Below are positions 14,901-27,846 of a stretch of 64,000 nucleotides of DNA, in pieces. Source of the stretch: Nageia nagi (Eukaryota > Plantae > Pinophyta); the NCBI GenBank assembly GCA_050084985.1, contig JBITNC010000002.1, forward strand, positions 22,072,001 to 22,136,000, in the 5' to 3' direction. Made by a program: the position numbers and the translations under genes. The notes beneath the pieces were generated by a model. That model worked only from the letters and a program-made list of their open reading frames with translations. It did not search any database and was not told the DNA's origin. Position 1 is the stretch's first letter. Each line of letters opens with the position of its first letter.

Positions 14901-15160
14901 AGAAAAAGGAATGGAAACTTTAAGAATAGATCCTTTACCTCACAGAATACCTTCTCTACAAAATTGCAAGGATGTTTCATTGGTGCCATTCCTTTCTTTG
15001 ATAACTGCGATATTCACTAAAGCTTTCATATGAGTAATAACCATTAAAATAACTAAGATAACATTGCCTTAAGTTGCATAAATGTAGGTGTATATCAAAT
15101 CCAAGGATATCCCATACAAAACCTTAAAAAAATATGTGGTATGATTGAGTAAACCTATAG
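11935..15160 (-). mobile_element. L1 LINE, inverted 5' part (ORF1, endonuclease, N-terminal RT), degenerate
   Basis: Minus-strand translations include ORF1-like GKG..LKF and KGPW motifs (14690-14940), endonuclease ILCGDLNMIE (~13360-13390) and TTLFDHAL (~13045-13065), and RT WEGMEW...KIDFENSYENIEW (11960-12060). Confidence 0.75.
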
Positions 15161-15162
15161 TA

Positions 15163-17070
15163 ACTTACATGCAGAGTTTAGCTCCAAAGTGTCAATTCTA
15201 TCAATATGCTTTCTAGGGATGCTTCAATTATTCTTACTTTAAATAACTATAAATCTAAACTCATTAGCCTTTTTTGTTTATTCATTTGGGGTTGTTTGTT
15301 ATTTATATATTTGTTTATTTTTGTAGCTTAAATTTTTGGTTATTTACTTGCTCATAGGGTTGCTTAAGGTTTCATTCAAGGTATTTCCCTTCCTAATTCC
15401 TAAATCCATCTAGTTAATGGTCATTTTGTTGATGTCAGCTTCTTCTTGACCATTCATGAAGATGAAGAATTGGATGTAGCAGTCCTTAAGTGCATGGATA
15501 CCTTTTGTTTGCCTTTTGGTTCTAGTAGCTAATGAAAAAATAACTCTTGCTTTAGGCAATCCCTATCAACCCTACCTAGTTATCTTTCTCAATATCAATG
15601 GCATTAGATCCAACTTGGTGATATTTTCAAATTCCTTAGAATTCCCTTTATATTCTAGAGTTCCTCTACTCAACTTTGGGTTTTTATGGTTCAAAAAGTA
15701 GAGAAGAAGATTTATTACTGAACATCCAAAAATATTTCTCTAGAAGGTAAATTCCAAGTTTGATATAAGGTTTTACCCACCACTTATGTTTATTACTCCT
15801 TTTGTTGGATCCCTTCGAAAATCTGCTAAAAAATCTTGAAAAGTTATTAAGATATTTCCTTTGAAATAATATTCTAAAAAAAAAGAAGTTCCACAAAGTT
15901 GATTGGGATGTTTGTTGTCTTCTTAAGAAATCTAGTAGTATGGGGTTTTTTAATTATCAACGTTAAGGCATTTACTTATGTGTTAAATGTACTCTTCACT
16001 AAGGATTTCCATTGGGAAAAAGATTTGAATATATGGGAGTGGAGAAACCAACCTATTATTTCTATGGGGAGTATGAAGATGTTTTCCATTTGTTATGATT
16101 TTGTAATAAAGCTAATTCTACCTAGGAGTTGTTTGAATCCTTTTTTAGACCCTACATGCCTACCACTTTTCCTTGGGTACAAGCTCTCCTTCAGGACCCC
16201 CCTGATTTTTCTAAACCCTTGATAAAAGTTTGGAACATCTTTAGAATTTGCATTTTGTATCATTTATGGAAAACCCATAATAAGGTTACATTTTCCCAAC
16301 ATGAAGCTCATATAACTTTTTTGCTAGATGAGAAGTATGATATTTTATATGATTCGTGGTTGCATATCTTTATGCAAATGGAAAAGGTTAAATTGAGATT
16401 TAACATCTTTGCAACCTCATGGAGCATTAGGGTAATGCCCCATGCACTATAAGTTGAGTCCTTCCAAACTTAGCTTTACGAGAATATTCCAGGTCCTATG
16501 ATCCTTCTAGATCTTATTCTTGAATATGATTGCCTATGCGCAATTGATTAATTCTACAAAGAGACATTGGTCCCAACCTCCCCCTTTGGAAAACACATGA
16601 ACACATGGTGCCAACTCTTCTTGTTGTACCCATGGTTAAGATGTTTATCTTGTAGCCTTTGATCCAATTATTGGTTGGGATGATGAATACAATAATCCTA
16701 CACTAAATGATATTAATGCCTTGTTGATGTGGGTAGTGATTGCCCTAGCGATAGTGGCTTTAGCAATAAAGTAATGATTCGATAACTAATGCAGATGATC
16801 GATGGTACATTCATGTCCCACCTAATGATGGTTGGTAATATTTTACTGAGAATGAGGACCCTCCCCATATTTCCATCAATTTTAATGCATGAATGATGGT
16901 AAAGTTAATCGACTTCATTTTTTATGAGATTTTGTTTATTTTAAGACTTTAGGTTTTTATGTTTCTCCTAACCTAGTTGGGTTAGCGTGACTACCTATGA
17001 GGGTGTGCTTAATCCACCTACTTTTTTTTGTATATAAAGGCATTTATATTCTTTTAATATAATTAACTTT
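15163..17070 (+). mobile_element. L1 LINE, non-inverted 3' part (C-terminal RT, C-terminus, 3'UTR), degenerate
   Basis: Plus-strand translations: LHA.FSSK...MLSRDASI (15163-15230), GYLLAH...GISLP...VNGHFVD (FADD equivalent, 15335-15435), DTFCL..GS, IFKFL.IP, FHKVDWDVCC, and WNIFRICILYHLWKTHNKVTFS (16230-16300). Confidence 0.8.
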
Positions 17071-17436
17071 TTTATTCAAAGTATATATGTATCTTTTGCT
17101 TCTTATAAAAGGTTGAATTGCTCAAGGTAAAGTAACATATAGCAAAAAAATATAGATTTTTTTTTATCTTTTGATTTGAGCCACATATTTTGGTTATTTG
17201 GGTCACCCTTGATTAACTTAAAAGACTTGGTCAAGCAAGATTTGTGATAACAAGCAATTTTTCCAAAAACTTTACCTCCTTATCTTTTTTTCCAAATGGA
17301 GAATAAGTTGAATTCATCCATCTTAAAAAATCAATATTCATAATATTCTCAAAGTTGAATGAAAAAATTTAACATCTCCATTGTGTTGATCCAACTTAAT
17401 TGATGGCTCCTATTTTTGTTTATTATCTAAGATATT

Positions 17437-17458
17437 AAAAAAAAAAAAAAAAAAAAAA
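17437..17458 (+). repeat. Poly(A) tract (A22)
   Basis: Seen directly. It marks the boundary between decayed and less-decayed sequence. Confidence 0.95.
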
Positions 17459-19747
17459 TGTTACATCTAGTATAAAATAAAAGATGTTACCCTACATATG
17501 TAGAAGATATGAATTCCAGAGCCATTCCACTCCAAGTGAATTTAGTTACGAGTGCTACATTCAGTTCTTATTTCTCACGAATTTGGGAAGGTTGCCCTAC
17601 TTCTACAGCACACAGAAGCTATACAGGTCAGGATATCCACATCTTCGCTCTCTGTAAGGGTTGGCTGTGCAGCCTCATTCACTTTGTAATTTGAAGCATT
17701 CTCTTCTAGTTAGCGAGACATGATATGGGTATTGCTTGCAAATGTAATTTGATCTGTTTCTGGGACCGTTTTCATTTCCTATTATCCACTAAACCTCTTG
17801 GATCTGGAATCAAACAAGTACCACACAGTGGCTTATCCTGCCTCTTGCATTATGATATGATATGCTACTGTGAGAAGCATTCGATTACATGATAAAGACT
17901 TTGGGAGTGTATCTTTTATTTCGAAAACATATATATTCCAGCACCTAAAACCAATCAACCATTTGAGGGTAAGAATAGAATCGGTATTGATATGGTATAA
18001 ATGATTTCAATGATATTTCAAACTTTAAGAAAGCAGACACTAAAACAAAAATATTAAGTATTTTATTGGTTAAATAATAAATTAAGGAAATTAATTGTTA
18101 ATTTTGTAGTATGCAGCAGGCAGGAACCAATAATTTTGACATATATAATGCATATAAGTAAAATACTTTTTTTTCTTCAGAAGGGAACCTCTTATGTCAA
18201 TCAGGCATATTGGCAGGTATGGATTTAAGCCTATAATTTACATTTTGTTTGTTAGATTTTGTCAGCAACACGTTGAATGAGTTGCTTAGCACAACAATTG
18301 TGTTTTTGGACATGTCAAATTCACTCGCTGCTTGTACCCAGAAACTGAGATGATTCCTATTATGCATTGGAGACAATAGTTTTATGAAATACTTTATTTA
18401 CATGATCTAGGGTTTCCAGATCTATCACAACACCTTCTCTTGGAGAGTACTGTGGAGGATTTATTTCCTCCGTATCCTAGTTTGTCCTAAGTCATTTATT
18501 CTGCTGTAGGTAGATTAAATTACCTTTATAATGCCTTAGGCTCAATTTGCTGTTTCATCCTTTGCTGAAGCTGTTGGAGTGAGAAATGGCACCAGTTGGG
18601 AACAAACACCCTCAAAAGTTCATCCGTATCAAATATCCAAAAATTGTATTTTGCTTGTTCTTTACTAAACAGAAGGTGGGATTGGGACAATCATAGCATC
18701 ATACAGATAGGTAGGAGTCAGGACTGTTGAGTTGTTGCCACTCATGGGACTGGGATTCGGCCTCCTGCCGATAGATGTGATTTTGCACCAGTTCAATATA
18801 TTGAGCTTCTACCATAGAAAAGTTCATCGGTTACTACCAAATTTAAATTGACTGCGCTTTAAGCTAGTGTTAAGAAATGTTGCTCTTTGATGATTTTGTA
18901 ATGAACGTGCATTTTTTTACATGCTTGCAAGTTTGAAAGCAAATTACATTGCACGTGCTTGTGTTTGGGATTGCAGTAACCTTCTGAATTAAGTTGGGAA
19001 CATCCCCACGTTTTCTTCCAAGTCATTGAGATGATACTTAAGTAGGTTGAGATGGTATAGTCATGAGGAAATATTCTTGAGACACTTCAGAGGAAGAAAG
19101 CAACTAATATTCTCATTTTTGATGTTGTCTGTAATAACTCAGCCACAAAACATAGAAAATGTGCAAGATTACAGTAAACCGTAATTCTGATTTTTTGCAC
19201 ACAAAATTTGCAGTGAAATTGATTTTATTCCAACAAAACATCCAGTACAGTTCTGATCTACCAAGAGAGTAAACGAAACTGAAATACAGAAAACTGCACC
19301 ACAAAATATATCAGATCTGGCCCATAGGGCTGATGTTCTTGGCTAAAAATGGCCAAGTTATAATTCTGATGTCTGCAAAAATATTCCAACAGTGCCAAAG
19401 GTTGGACAATGGCTCTCCACATCCAAATATGTCTTCAAACTGCTGTAATACCCTCTTTAGGGCTGGACGCCCCACCCTGAGGGTGAAGATTCTTCAGAAC
19501 GAGATCAAAAAAAATTTCAAACCTTCCCAATTTTTCAGAATCTGAGTGCAAGTGTATGATGTCTGTCCACAATGAAGCACAAATGTAAATCTTAAATGGA
19601 TTTACCCAAAAGGGAATAAATTCATGTTGCCTCAAGCCTCTAGAAGATTTGAACCTCCTAGGGTTTCCCTCGCTTGTAGGATTTACAGTCTACAAAAGGA
19701 ATATAATATTGCCAAGCCACATCAAAGTTCTCCAAGATAGAAAATAT

Positions 19748-20352
19748 CAAGGTTACACCGGAGTGCGCTCCGGAATTTCCCGGAGGTGCTCTGGTTGCCC
19801 CGGCGAATCCGAAGTGGCCAAAGACCCGATGGTGCCATCCAAAGCGCCACTCCAGGCGGCGCAAAAAAATTGCAATACTTAAAAGAAAAACAAAAAGTCA
19901 AAAATAAAAAAGTAAAGCATGGGATGGGTCCTACTCATGTCCCTCCCCCCAAACACTAAAAGCACACTATAAACCTCTCAAACTTAGTCTCCATTCTCAT
20001 TTTTTATGTGTAACCCCAAGAAAAAAGCAGTAAAGAAGAAAAAACATAGCTGCAAGGAAGAGAGCAGTGATTCAGACTTGTCATTTAATGACATTATGGC
20101 TCGTTTTGATTCCTCATTTCTGCCTTTCAGATTCATACTTAATTATGTTTTGTAATTTAAATTCATACTTGATTTATATTTGATAGTAATAATGAATTAG
20201 AAACAATGAACAAGAAAAAATCTAAAAATCCTGGGATTTTTTACTAGCCGCTCTGCTTGCTGAATTAGAGCCGCTCCGCTTGCTGAATTAGAGCCGCTCC
20301 CTAAAAATGGCCTCCGTCGCTCTAGATGCTCCATTGCTCCCGATTCACTTTG
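19748..20352. mobile_element. Non-autonomous DNA transposon (MITE, hAT-like)
   Basis: GC/CpG-rich termini flank an AT-rich core. Imperfect TIRs: caaggttacaccggag vs revcomp caaagtgaatcgggag. Subterminal gccgctcc motifs include a 23-bp tandem duplication at ~20256-20300. The TSD is only approximate (gaaaatat / gaacaaaatat). Confidence 0.55.
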
Positions 20353-20383
20353 GAACAAAATATCAATATCATCCAAGCATCCC

Positions 20384-20978
20384 TGTAAATGACCAGCTCT
20401 CTCACATATATAGTCTTGAGACCCTAACTGGCAATTAAGTCTCCACCATCAGATCTTGTAGAAGCCTTGATCTGACCTAGAGAACAATGAAATCAGTGTG
20501 AACCAATAAATGACCTCAAAACTCGTCCAATGAGGCTAACGTCAGCCTTGGAGAGTCTCTAACCACCTTAGGGATCCAACTTCCACCTTGGAAATGCATG
20601 CTAATGGTCTTGGGGACCCACGTTTGGCTTAGGGAACTCCTCTAATCTCAAGCACACCCCTAGGCCTGAAATATGTCCTCAAATGGCCAACGTTCTCCTT
20701 GGAAGAATCTTGTAGGGCAGCACTCCACTCTTGGATAACTAGATCTGGCTGGAGAATACCAACGATCCACCTGAAGATGCTCATCTTGCCTTGGAAACAC
20801 CAAATCTTATCTCTTGACAGTTACATATGCCAAAAAAACATTAAATATGCCTTGGACTTTGACTTAGAACACCTCTAAGCACATTACTAATTTAACTTAG
20901 ATAAATAATTACAAATATCATGACAAAATATTTAAAAAATGAAATATTTACAATGCTGGATTTATTTGGGACGTTACA
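20384..20978 (-). repeat. Gypsy-type solo LTR or LTR fragment
   Basis: Ends are tgtaa...gggacgttaca; the minus strand starts tgtaacgtccc, a typical gypsy LTR terminus. No TSD was found. Confidence 0.5.
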
Positions 20979-23764
20979 TTGTTTGTTCGAGATAATATTA
21001 ATGTCAATAGAGGTAGTATGTTTGAAATTCATTTCTAGCTATACTATGTCTTATTTTCAGATAAGTTCAAGTGACAGACCTGAGATTTGACAACCGTTAC
21101 ATTTATTTTTATGGCTTTCTTGGGAAAGGTAAATCCCCATAGTGTCTAGGAGGTTTAAGAAATTAAATCAAGTAAGCTTGAATTTGGATGAATCATGTAG
21201 TAGTATCATGATTTCCATTGCTGAAACAGCCTCTTTATAAGCTATGTCGGCTATATTTTATTTGAATGGTTTGGGCCGATACGTGAGGATTGGTTGGTCC
21301 TTGAGCCTAGGGGTTAGTGTTATTTAGTGAGTTATCTATAAATAAGGTAGTGAAATGATGGAAGATTATTAAGCATTTGTAATAAGTCTTCTTCCTTTTG
21401 CAAATCTGGAGACCACACCCTCTCAAAGTGGTCTTGCAAATTTGAGGATTTCTGTGCATTGCATTCTTAATGCTGTTATTTGAGTTGTTAATTGTTATTG
21501 TTGATGTAGTTACTTAATGCGAACATGTGGAATGTTTGTTATAATTCCTTTGTTGTTTTTTATCTTTCCAATCGCAATCAGGAAAATCAAGTGTATCTTA
21601 GTATCATACTGATTCTATTCTTACCCATAACTGGTTGATTGTAATTAGTTGACAATAATATGAATATTTGGGTAATGGAATATAGATAAACTTTGTTTCC
21701 CTTCCATTCCGTCTTACCTGTGAATAATATTGACTGTTTGTGGCTTGCTGGATTTATGTTACTTTCTTACCTCGTCAAATTCAACTTTAAGAAGTTAAGT
21801 AGGACCAGCACCAGGATGCTAGCTTTTCCTAGGTACCAGTAAGATTGTTCAGGCCTTTTTGGGGTAATGTGGACCAATTACGTTGTTTAGCTCAGGTGTT
21901 TCTCTTAGAATAACGAAGTAAGTTTTGAGAACAAGGATTCCCAAGTTGTCACAACATTTTTATATACTATATAAGTTATAACTAATAGAAGATATTGAAC
22001 TAACAAGTTTTGTAGGCTACAACGCAGAAATTGTAATTCTATTTCAGTTACTTGAAAATGAATACCTTAGTCATATCACTTATTTTGTGTATTTTCTGCT
22101 ATATTTAGAAACACTGTTTGAATCACAAACATTCCCTTTATGTGCTTGCACTTATGACATTGATAAGTCACAAATAATGCCTATCAAGATCTAGTTATGT
22201 TTAGGAATGTGATGTAGAAACAAGATGTCTTCAGGGTGTTTATGTTATTCCTCTACCTGTTGATACTCTAGACACCTAGTTACATGATAGGCAATATATT
22301 TTCTCATACTTGATCAAGCAAATACTTATTCCAAATCTGCATAGTCTTGAATCATTGATCTACGCTCTGCTGTAATTTTGTCTGTGTACATTGTTTAGTA
22401 GCAATACCCACTCTGATCTGGCTGTGTTTTCTTATGGTCTTTACTTAATCGACCTGAATTTGCACAGTTTTGGCTTCTGGACACTGAATGAATCCAAAAT
22501 TTAAACGATTATCTGACTTTGCTAGCTGATTTTTGGCTTCTGTATTTTATGAATATCCATGTAAATTAGTAGAATAAAATTTTCCATGGGTTATGGTAGG
22601 GACATTTTTTCATATTGATGGCTCAATAGTTCTATAAGCTTCATATCAAACCTGTAAATGCATTTGTTTTGCTTGGTACTTGGCTCTACTAACTTAAATT
22701 ATAATTTCCTTTGGAAAAAATATGATTCCTTGCAAGCAGGATTTTGTTGCGGTTTTATTATCTAGTTTTGATTATAAAAGTTAATGCTTAAAGCTTCACA
22801 ACTCCAAGCTCTCCAAGGAACTTGCTATCGGGTTATATGTGAATTCAGGTAAGAGAGAGCTGATTCACCGACAAGATGCATATGATGTACCTCATGGCTA
22901 TCTTGTTGATTGGGTATCCTTAAATTGCTTCATGTTCTGGTGTTCGGTAACAAGTATCCCAATGCATCAAGAATGTACAGTAAAGAGGCCCTGGGGCACC
23001 CCTGTTGGTAGACATTGAAAGTAACTGAGAAAACCGACTATCCTCTTGAACCTTGATAGAAGCCTTAGGAAACAGGGGGTCTTAACAGCAGCTTCTGTCA
23101 TATAGCTTTATCTTAAATCAATCATCAGAGGTATCTTGTGCCTTGATTCCTTTCCCTGCTCAATGACTTCCTGGGTAAAAGTTAATATAGTGTGAATTCA
23201 ATCTACCTTCAGAAAAAACTGTTTCGTAAGCTGACGTAATCAAGCAGAAATTTCATCTGAATTTCTGTCTAGGTCAATAGTGATAACTTTAATGGTCAAG
23301 ATTAAAAAGTTTGAGTGCCAAATCACAAGATTTGACAAATTTGAGGGAAAAGATTTGACATTTGCCGAATCTGAAATCCAATTTAATTAATTTGTTCAAC
23401 TTTGCCCTTAAAATTTACCATCAAAATTTGTTGAAACATGTCTTGAAAAATGTATGATTCATGGAAAATCACACCCCTGTTTGTGAAAATCTTTGTTTGT
23501 CCCTAGTCGACTGAGAAATGGGAAGCAATGAATATTTAGTCTCGAATTTATGAAATTATGTATGAGTTTTCCTATATTTAATGTCAGTTTTTGTCGATTT
23601 TTTCAGGGCAGTTAAACATCATTCAAATTTCATTGCTTTGAATTTGAATTCAAGTTCAAACCCTGTGGTTTCGGTTGAGCACTGATTCCCAGTCGTTTCT
23701 GTTTTAGAAAACTTAAAAATCGATAAGCCCTGTATTGGTCCGCCATCTGCATATCCATAGAATT

Positions 23765-23915
23765 TGAGCGTAGGTGTATCTTTCTTGAGCATGGTGGTAA
23801 TTGGTCTGACAATTCCCACAAAGTCCTGAATAAACCTCCTTAGGAAGTTGATCTGTCCTAGGAATGATTGCAGTGCTTTCTTATTGGAAGAGAGAGATAA
23901 ACTCGAAATAGCCCT
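23765..23915 (-). mobile_element. Short Ty3/gypsy RT-RNaseH connection fragment
   Basis: Minus translation reads RAISSLSLSSNKKALQSFLGQINF/RRFIQDFVGIVRPITTMLKKD, with one frameshift. Confidence 0.75.
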
Positions 23916-23946
23916 TAACTATAACGGTCCTAAGGAAGCAAAATTC
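23911..23946 (+). other. Plastid/bacterial-type 23S rRNA micro-fragment (I-CeuI recognition site)
   Basis: taactataacggtcctaaggaagcaaaattc (23916-23946) matches the conserved 23S sequence taactataacggtcctaaggtagcgaaattc at 29/31 positions. Confidence 0.7.
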
Positions 23947-25020
23947 ATTTCTCTTTCTAGGGTGCTTTAGGGCCAATCTAGAAAGGATTTTTTGGGTCAG
24001 ACAGCCATACCTGGAAATGGGTATGGATCGAATCTGGACATGAATACGGAACAGAGCAAGGGGAAGCTACAACGGGAAGGTGTTGCGGGAGGGCCCCCTT
24101 TCTATAGAAATCCTGCGTAGTTATGCACTCGACCCTGAATGATATAAAAACTCAATTCAGCTGAATTACCTTTGTTCTCCTCATTGATAGTAATAGATAG
24201 CCTTCAGACCCATTTGAGGTGCATATAACTCTGTTCTGGAAGTTCACATAGGTTTTCATCATCTCAATGAGCTCCGGGGCCTCATGACACCATTTTGGGT
24301 TAAAATACATGAGCATGCTGCCCATTGGGTAATGCTGCTCCTAGAGAGTGGAGTGAGACGGACCTAGGGAACAGAGGTACGAATTGGGAGGGACTCCACA
24401 ACTCTTTTTGATACAATGAAACCTCTTCTCCCCTAATTATTCCATAAGGGCACATTACAGAAACCTATTTAGAGGAACTGTGACTTTTGCAGCGTCCCAG
24501 TTCCTATCTGGGGTACCTACCATTCTTCTTATTCTTCCTTCCAGAGTTTGTTCAACGTCATTTATTAAAGATTGTTTTCTAAAGGTGCACAGAACATTAT
24601 TATTTATTTGATGACAAATTGTACCTCTTTCTTTGCAATTGGTGTCTTTTAAACTTTAGGAGTGTTAGAGGTCGAGAATCTTAATTTAAAACATACCCAT
24701 ATTGTATTGGGTGTCTTCATGCTGACCAGGATTCAAACTAAAGCATATTCCACAATTTTGAGCTGTATTAAGTAGCTTTATTAGAAAGATGGAAACTACA
24801 GATCTCAGATTTGTCTTAAACGATGAAACCATCTATGTTAAGCTTGTGCCTTGATGAATAAACAAATGCATTAATAGTCATCTAATTTCCTGTTGCTTTA
24901 TTTGCTTGGGCTGATCAAATCAAGAATAAGGATCTTACTTGTGCAGTCGATTAAGGTGCTATTTTCTGTTTTTAATGTTTTGCAAAATAGCTAGGTAATT
25001 GTGGTTTAGAGAAAGTACAA

Positions 25021-26917
25021 CGGAAATCTAATGGAGGGCCCAATGGCTCTAGAGGTTGTGGCAAATGAAATTTCAATTTTTTTCGAACCTGGTTTGAGCG
25101 GGAAAGGCACTGAGAAACCTCGTGGCAAACAGGGACTTGGTGGGATTGGTTTCCCCGGGGAGCTATCCAGGGGACATGATCAGGAACCCTCATGATAGAG
25201 TATGTGACTGGTTCTTCTGGCCAACTGGGGGCAGGAATTGAAATCATGGGCAAGGATTGTGTAAAGAGGAGCCGAGAGATTAAGAACCTCCATGGCCAAT
25301 CAATCTTCTGGACCAAGGGACTCATCACATCCCTAAAGAACTCCTGAAGATCACAATGGATCATGGGGAAATTAATCTGGTTGGAAAATCTCTGGGGTCT
25401 AGATCAAACATTGACACTACTTAACAATGGGCAATCTCCAAATGGCGACCCCAAGGTCATATGGAGATTTTTGCGATGTCTAGGGTTTTTTCATGGTGAA
25501 ACTCCATCTGGAAGCTGATTTATTTTAGCGGGAGGTCCCTGGTGCTTTGGAAAGCGTGGATTCTTCTTGCAAAAATGGGGCCCATATTTTGATCCCAATA
25601 CGCTAAATCAACACAATCTCGGTATGGATTAGACTCTCAAGTCTGCCCTTTCAATACTGGCACAGTGAGATCCTATTGGGGATAGCCCAAGGAGTCGGGG
25701 ACCATCAATTCAATATATCGAATGGTTTACGTGAGAATTTGTGTCACCATCGATATGGAGAAGGTGCCCTTGCACTCCATTAATTTAGTTTCGGATTTGG
25801 GTAAATGGACATAGGAGATTGAATACAAGAATAGACCTTCTGGTGTTCTTCCTGTGGCAAGCCAGGGCACCTCTCCAAATCTTGTCCAATGAACCAAAAG
25901 GAACCTGCTCCAAGAAGAACATGGTAGAGGAAACCAGCACAAACAGAGGTTGCAGGCCTGTCAGAAGCTAAAGATCCTTCTCAGATGGGGGAAGATGGTG
26001 GAGTGAGGCAAGAATAACAACTTGCCTTGTAGCAAGAGGAATAAACAAGACTAGGTGGACCCCAACAGGAGTCCTATGTTCAGGACGATAATCTTCCTTT
26101 TCAAGTGAAAGCCTAACGTGAAAACGTATGCAAGTCTTTTGGCCTAACCATCTCTAATATTCCTCAAGAAATATATTTGATTGTTTAAGTTCCGAGAAAT
26201 CTTCTTTGGAAGTAGTAAAAGTAGTTCTATCGGCTGAAGATGTGGCTTTAGTACCTGGAGCTCAATCTATGGTGATGAAAGAAACCTCAATGATCCAGAA
26301 GAATATGACCCCTCCAAAAAAATCCCTCAAGGGAAGTAGACTCCTTAGTGGATACCCAAACTAAAATAAACAAAAGGCAGGGATGGATCTAAAGGTGAAA
26401 GAAAGAGTGGGTAGACTATCGAACCAAGAGCTGAGGCTCAAAGAAACAGAAGCTGAGATAGGTAACGACACTCAAATGGTTTTAATTCTAGGAGGCAAGG
26501 AGAAATCACAGAAAGAATTCAAAGATAAGGAGGTTGCTTCAAAGAGTCAACCCCCTCTAGTGCGAGGAGAAGGGAAGAAAAATTCTAATACATCTAAAAG
26601 ATGAAGATTCTCTTCTGAATGGTGGGAGGTCTACTTGGCCAAAAGAAGGTTTGAAAGAGGGCAGGAACTTGGAAGTGTTCAATTTCTGGTAGCCTCTCAG
26701 GATAGCTCTTGGTAGAGGAAGATCAGTTTCAGTAGGAGGCTTCTCCTTCTTCTGGCAGGGGCCCTTAATTTTTTGTAGTGTAAATTTTAATCTTTTGTTT
26801 GGAAAATCAACTGCTTTTTGTTTGAACTCAATTACAAAACAATATTTCCTATCTTTACTTACTTTGTAAAAGGTCCGGGGACCCTTTCAAAACCCCTTCG
26901 TTATTACTAATAAATAA
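25021..26917 (+). mobile_element. L1-derived element with degenerate ORF1 and almost complete deletion of ORF2
   Basis: ORF1 DUF4283-type motifs GPWCFGKRGFFLQKWGPYFDP, VWIRLSSLPFQYW and RICVTIDM. An ORF2 start atgaagattctc (MKIL.WN-like) lies at 26601, followed within ~300 bp by a T-rich 3'UTR and an A-rich tail. Confidence 0.7.
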
Positions 26918-27614
26918 AACTGTGGGCAAGAGGAAGTGCTAAAACAACCAGTATTTTCAATAGGGAGGATTTTGGCATCTGATCTTGTGTATCGAGTGGC
27001 TTGATTCTTGTTTGCATAACTTTTGATGTGTTTTGAGGGTTTCAGTTCTCTACATCAGTTGTTGGGGAAAGTGCCACTTCTATTTGTCAGTGTTGGCAGA
27101 ACCTTAGAATCGCTTCTTGTAAGATATGATGTACATAAAGAAGTTGTCTCGACTCTCATGTATAGCTGTAGTTGTTTAGCCTAATGGAAATAGGCATAGT
27201 GGAAATTTGTAAGGGCCATGCATGTGTTCATGGAGAGTATTTATGCATTAAGTGATTTCTATTATATTGATAATTTGATTAAACTATTTTGAAGGGACCC
27301 TTGAAATTTATAAGTGCTCAGAAATTGTGCATTTAATAAAGAGCTATTCAATATTTGCTTTGAACGTTTCATTTGATGTTTTAAATTCATTACCAATTTT
27401 CTGGTTCATTAAGATGACACTTACCTCTAATTTAGTAGATGCATTACAAGCAGATATTACATCAGCTTTTCAGCACTAATATGAATCACTTTGCTTTATT
27501 TTGGCAAGTTTATTGGATCAAATACTACAAATGTTTACTTATGCAAGGAAACACTATTATATCAATTGACACATCTAGTTCTGTTGGCAGGTTGAGCAAT
27601 TTCTTGTCTACTTG

Positions 27615-27703
27615 ATGGATTTGGGAGATAAGGCAGTTGGCTTTTTTATGCTCTCTTTTAGTTTCTCTTTATTTGCATACTACACATTCTGGGTGATCAT
27701 TTT

Positions 27704-27704
<1 letters not shown>
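27615..27704 (+). CDS. DPM2: Dolichol-phosphate mannose synthase regulatory subunit DPM2, coding exon 1
   Basis: MDLGDKAVGFFMLSFSFSLFAYYTFWVIIL (30 codons) carries the DPM2 signature F.YYTFWVIILPF. GT donor at 27705; upstream acceptor ggcag at 27586-27590. Confidence 0.93.

Positions 27705-27705
<1 letters not shown>

Positions 27706-27745
<40 letters not shown>
27706..27745 (+). repeat. (TC)20 microsatellite starting within the intron donor site
   Basis: Seen directly: G|GTCTCTCTC... Confidence 0.95.
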
Positions 27746-27750
<5 letters not shown>

Positions 27751-27846
27751 TCTATGTATTCAGATGGAGATTTATCAGTTAGTTATTTTGTGGCCAATGT
27801 TCTTTAAACCATGGCTAACCTTAAGCTCTCTATCTTCTTTTTACAG

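Noticed and set aside
23916-23946. rRNA gene, homing-intron site or cloning-vector I-CeuI site
   Set aside because: It is only ~31-35 bp with two substitutions, and there is no flanking rRNA, intron or vector sequence.
27811-27846. ORF-track start MANLKLSIFFLQ for DPM2
   Set aside because: This lies in the intron (polypyrimidine tract and ttacag acceptor). The true N-terminus is exon 27615-27704.
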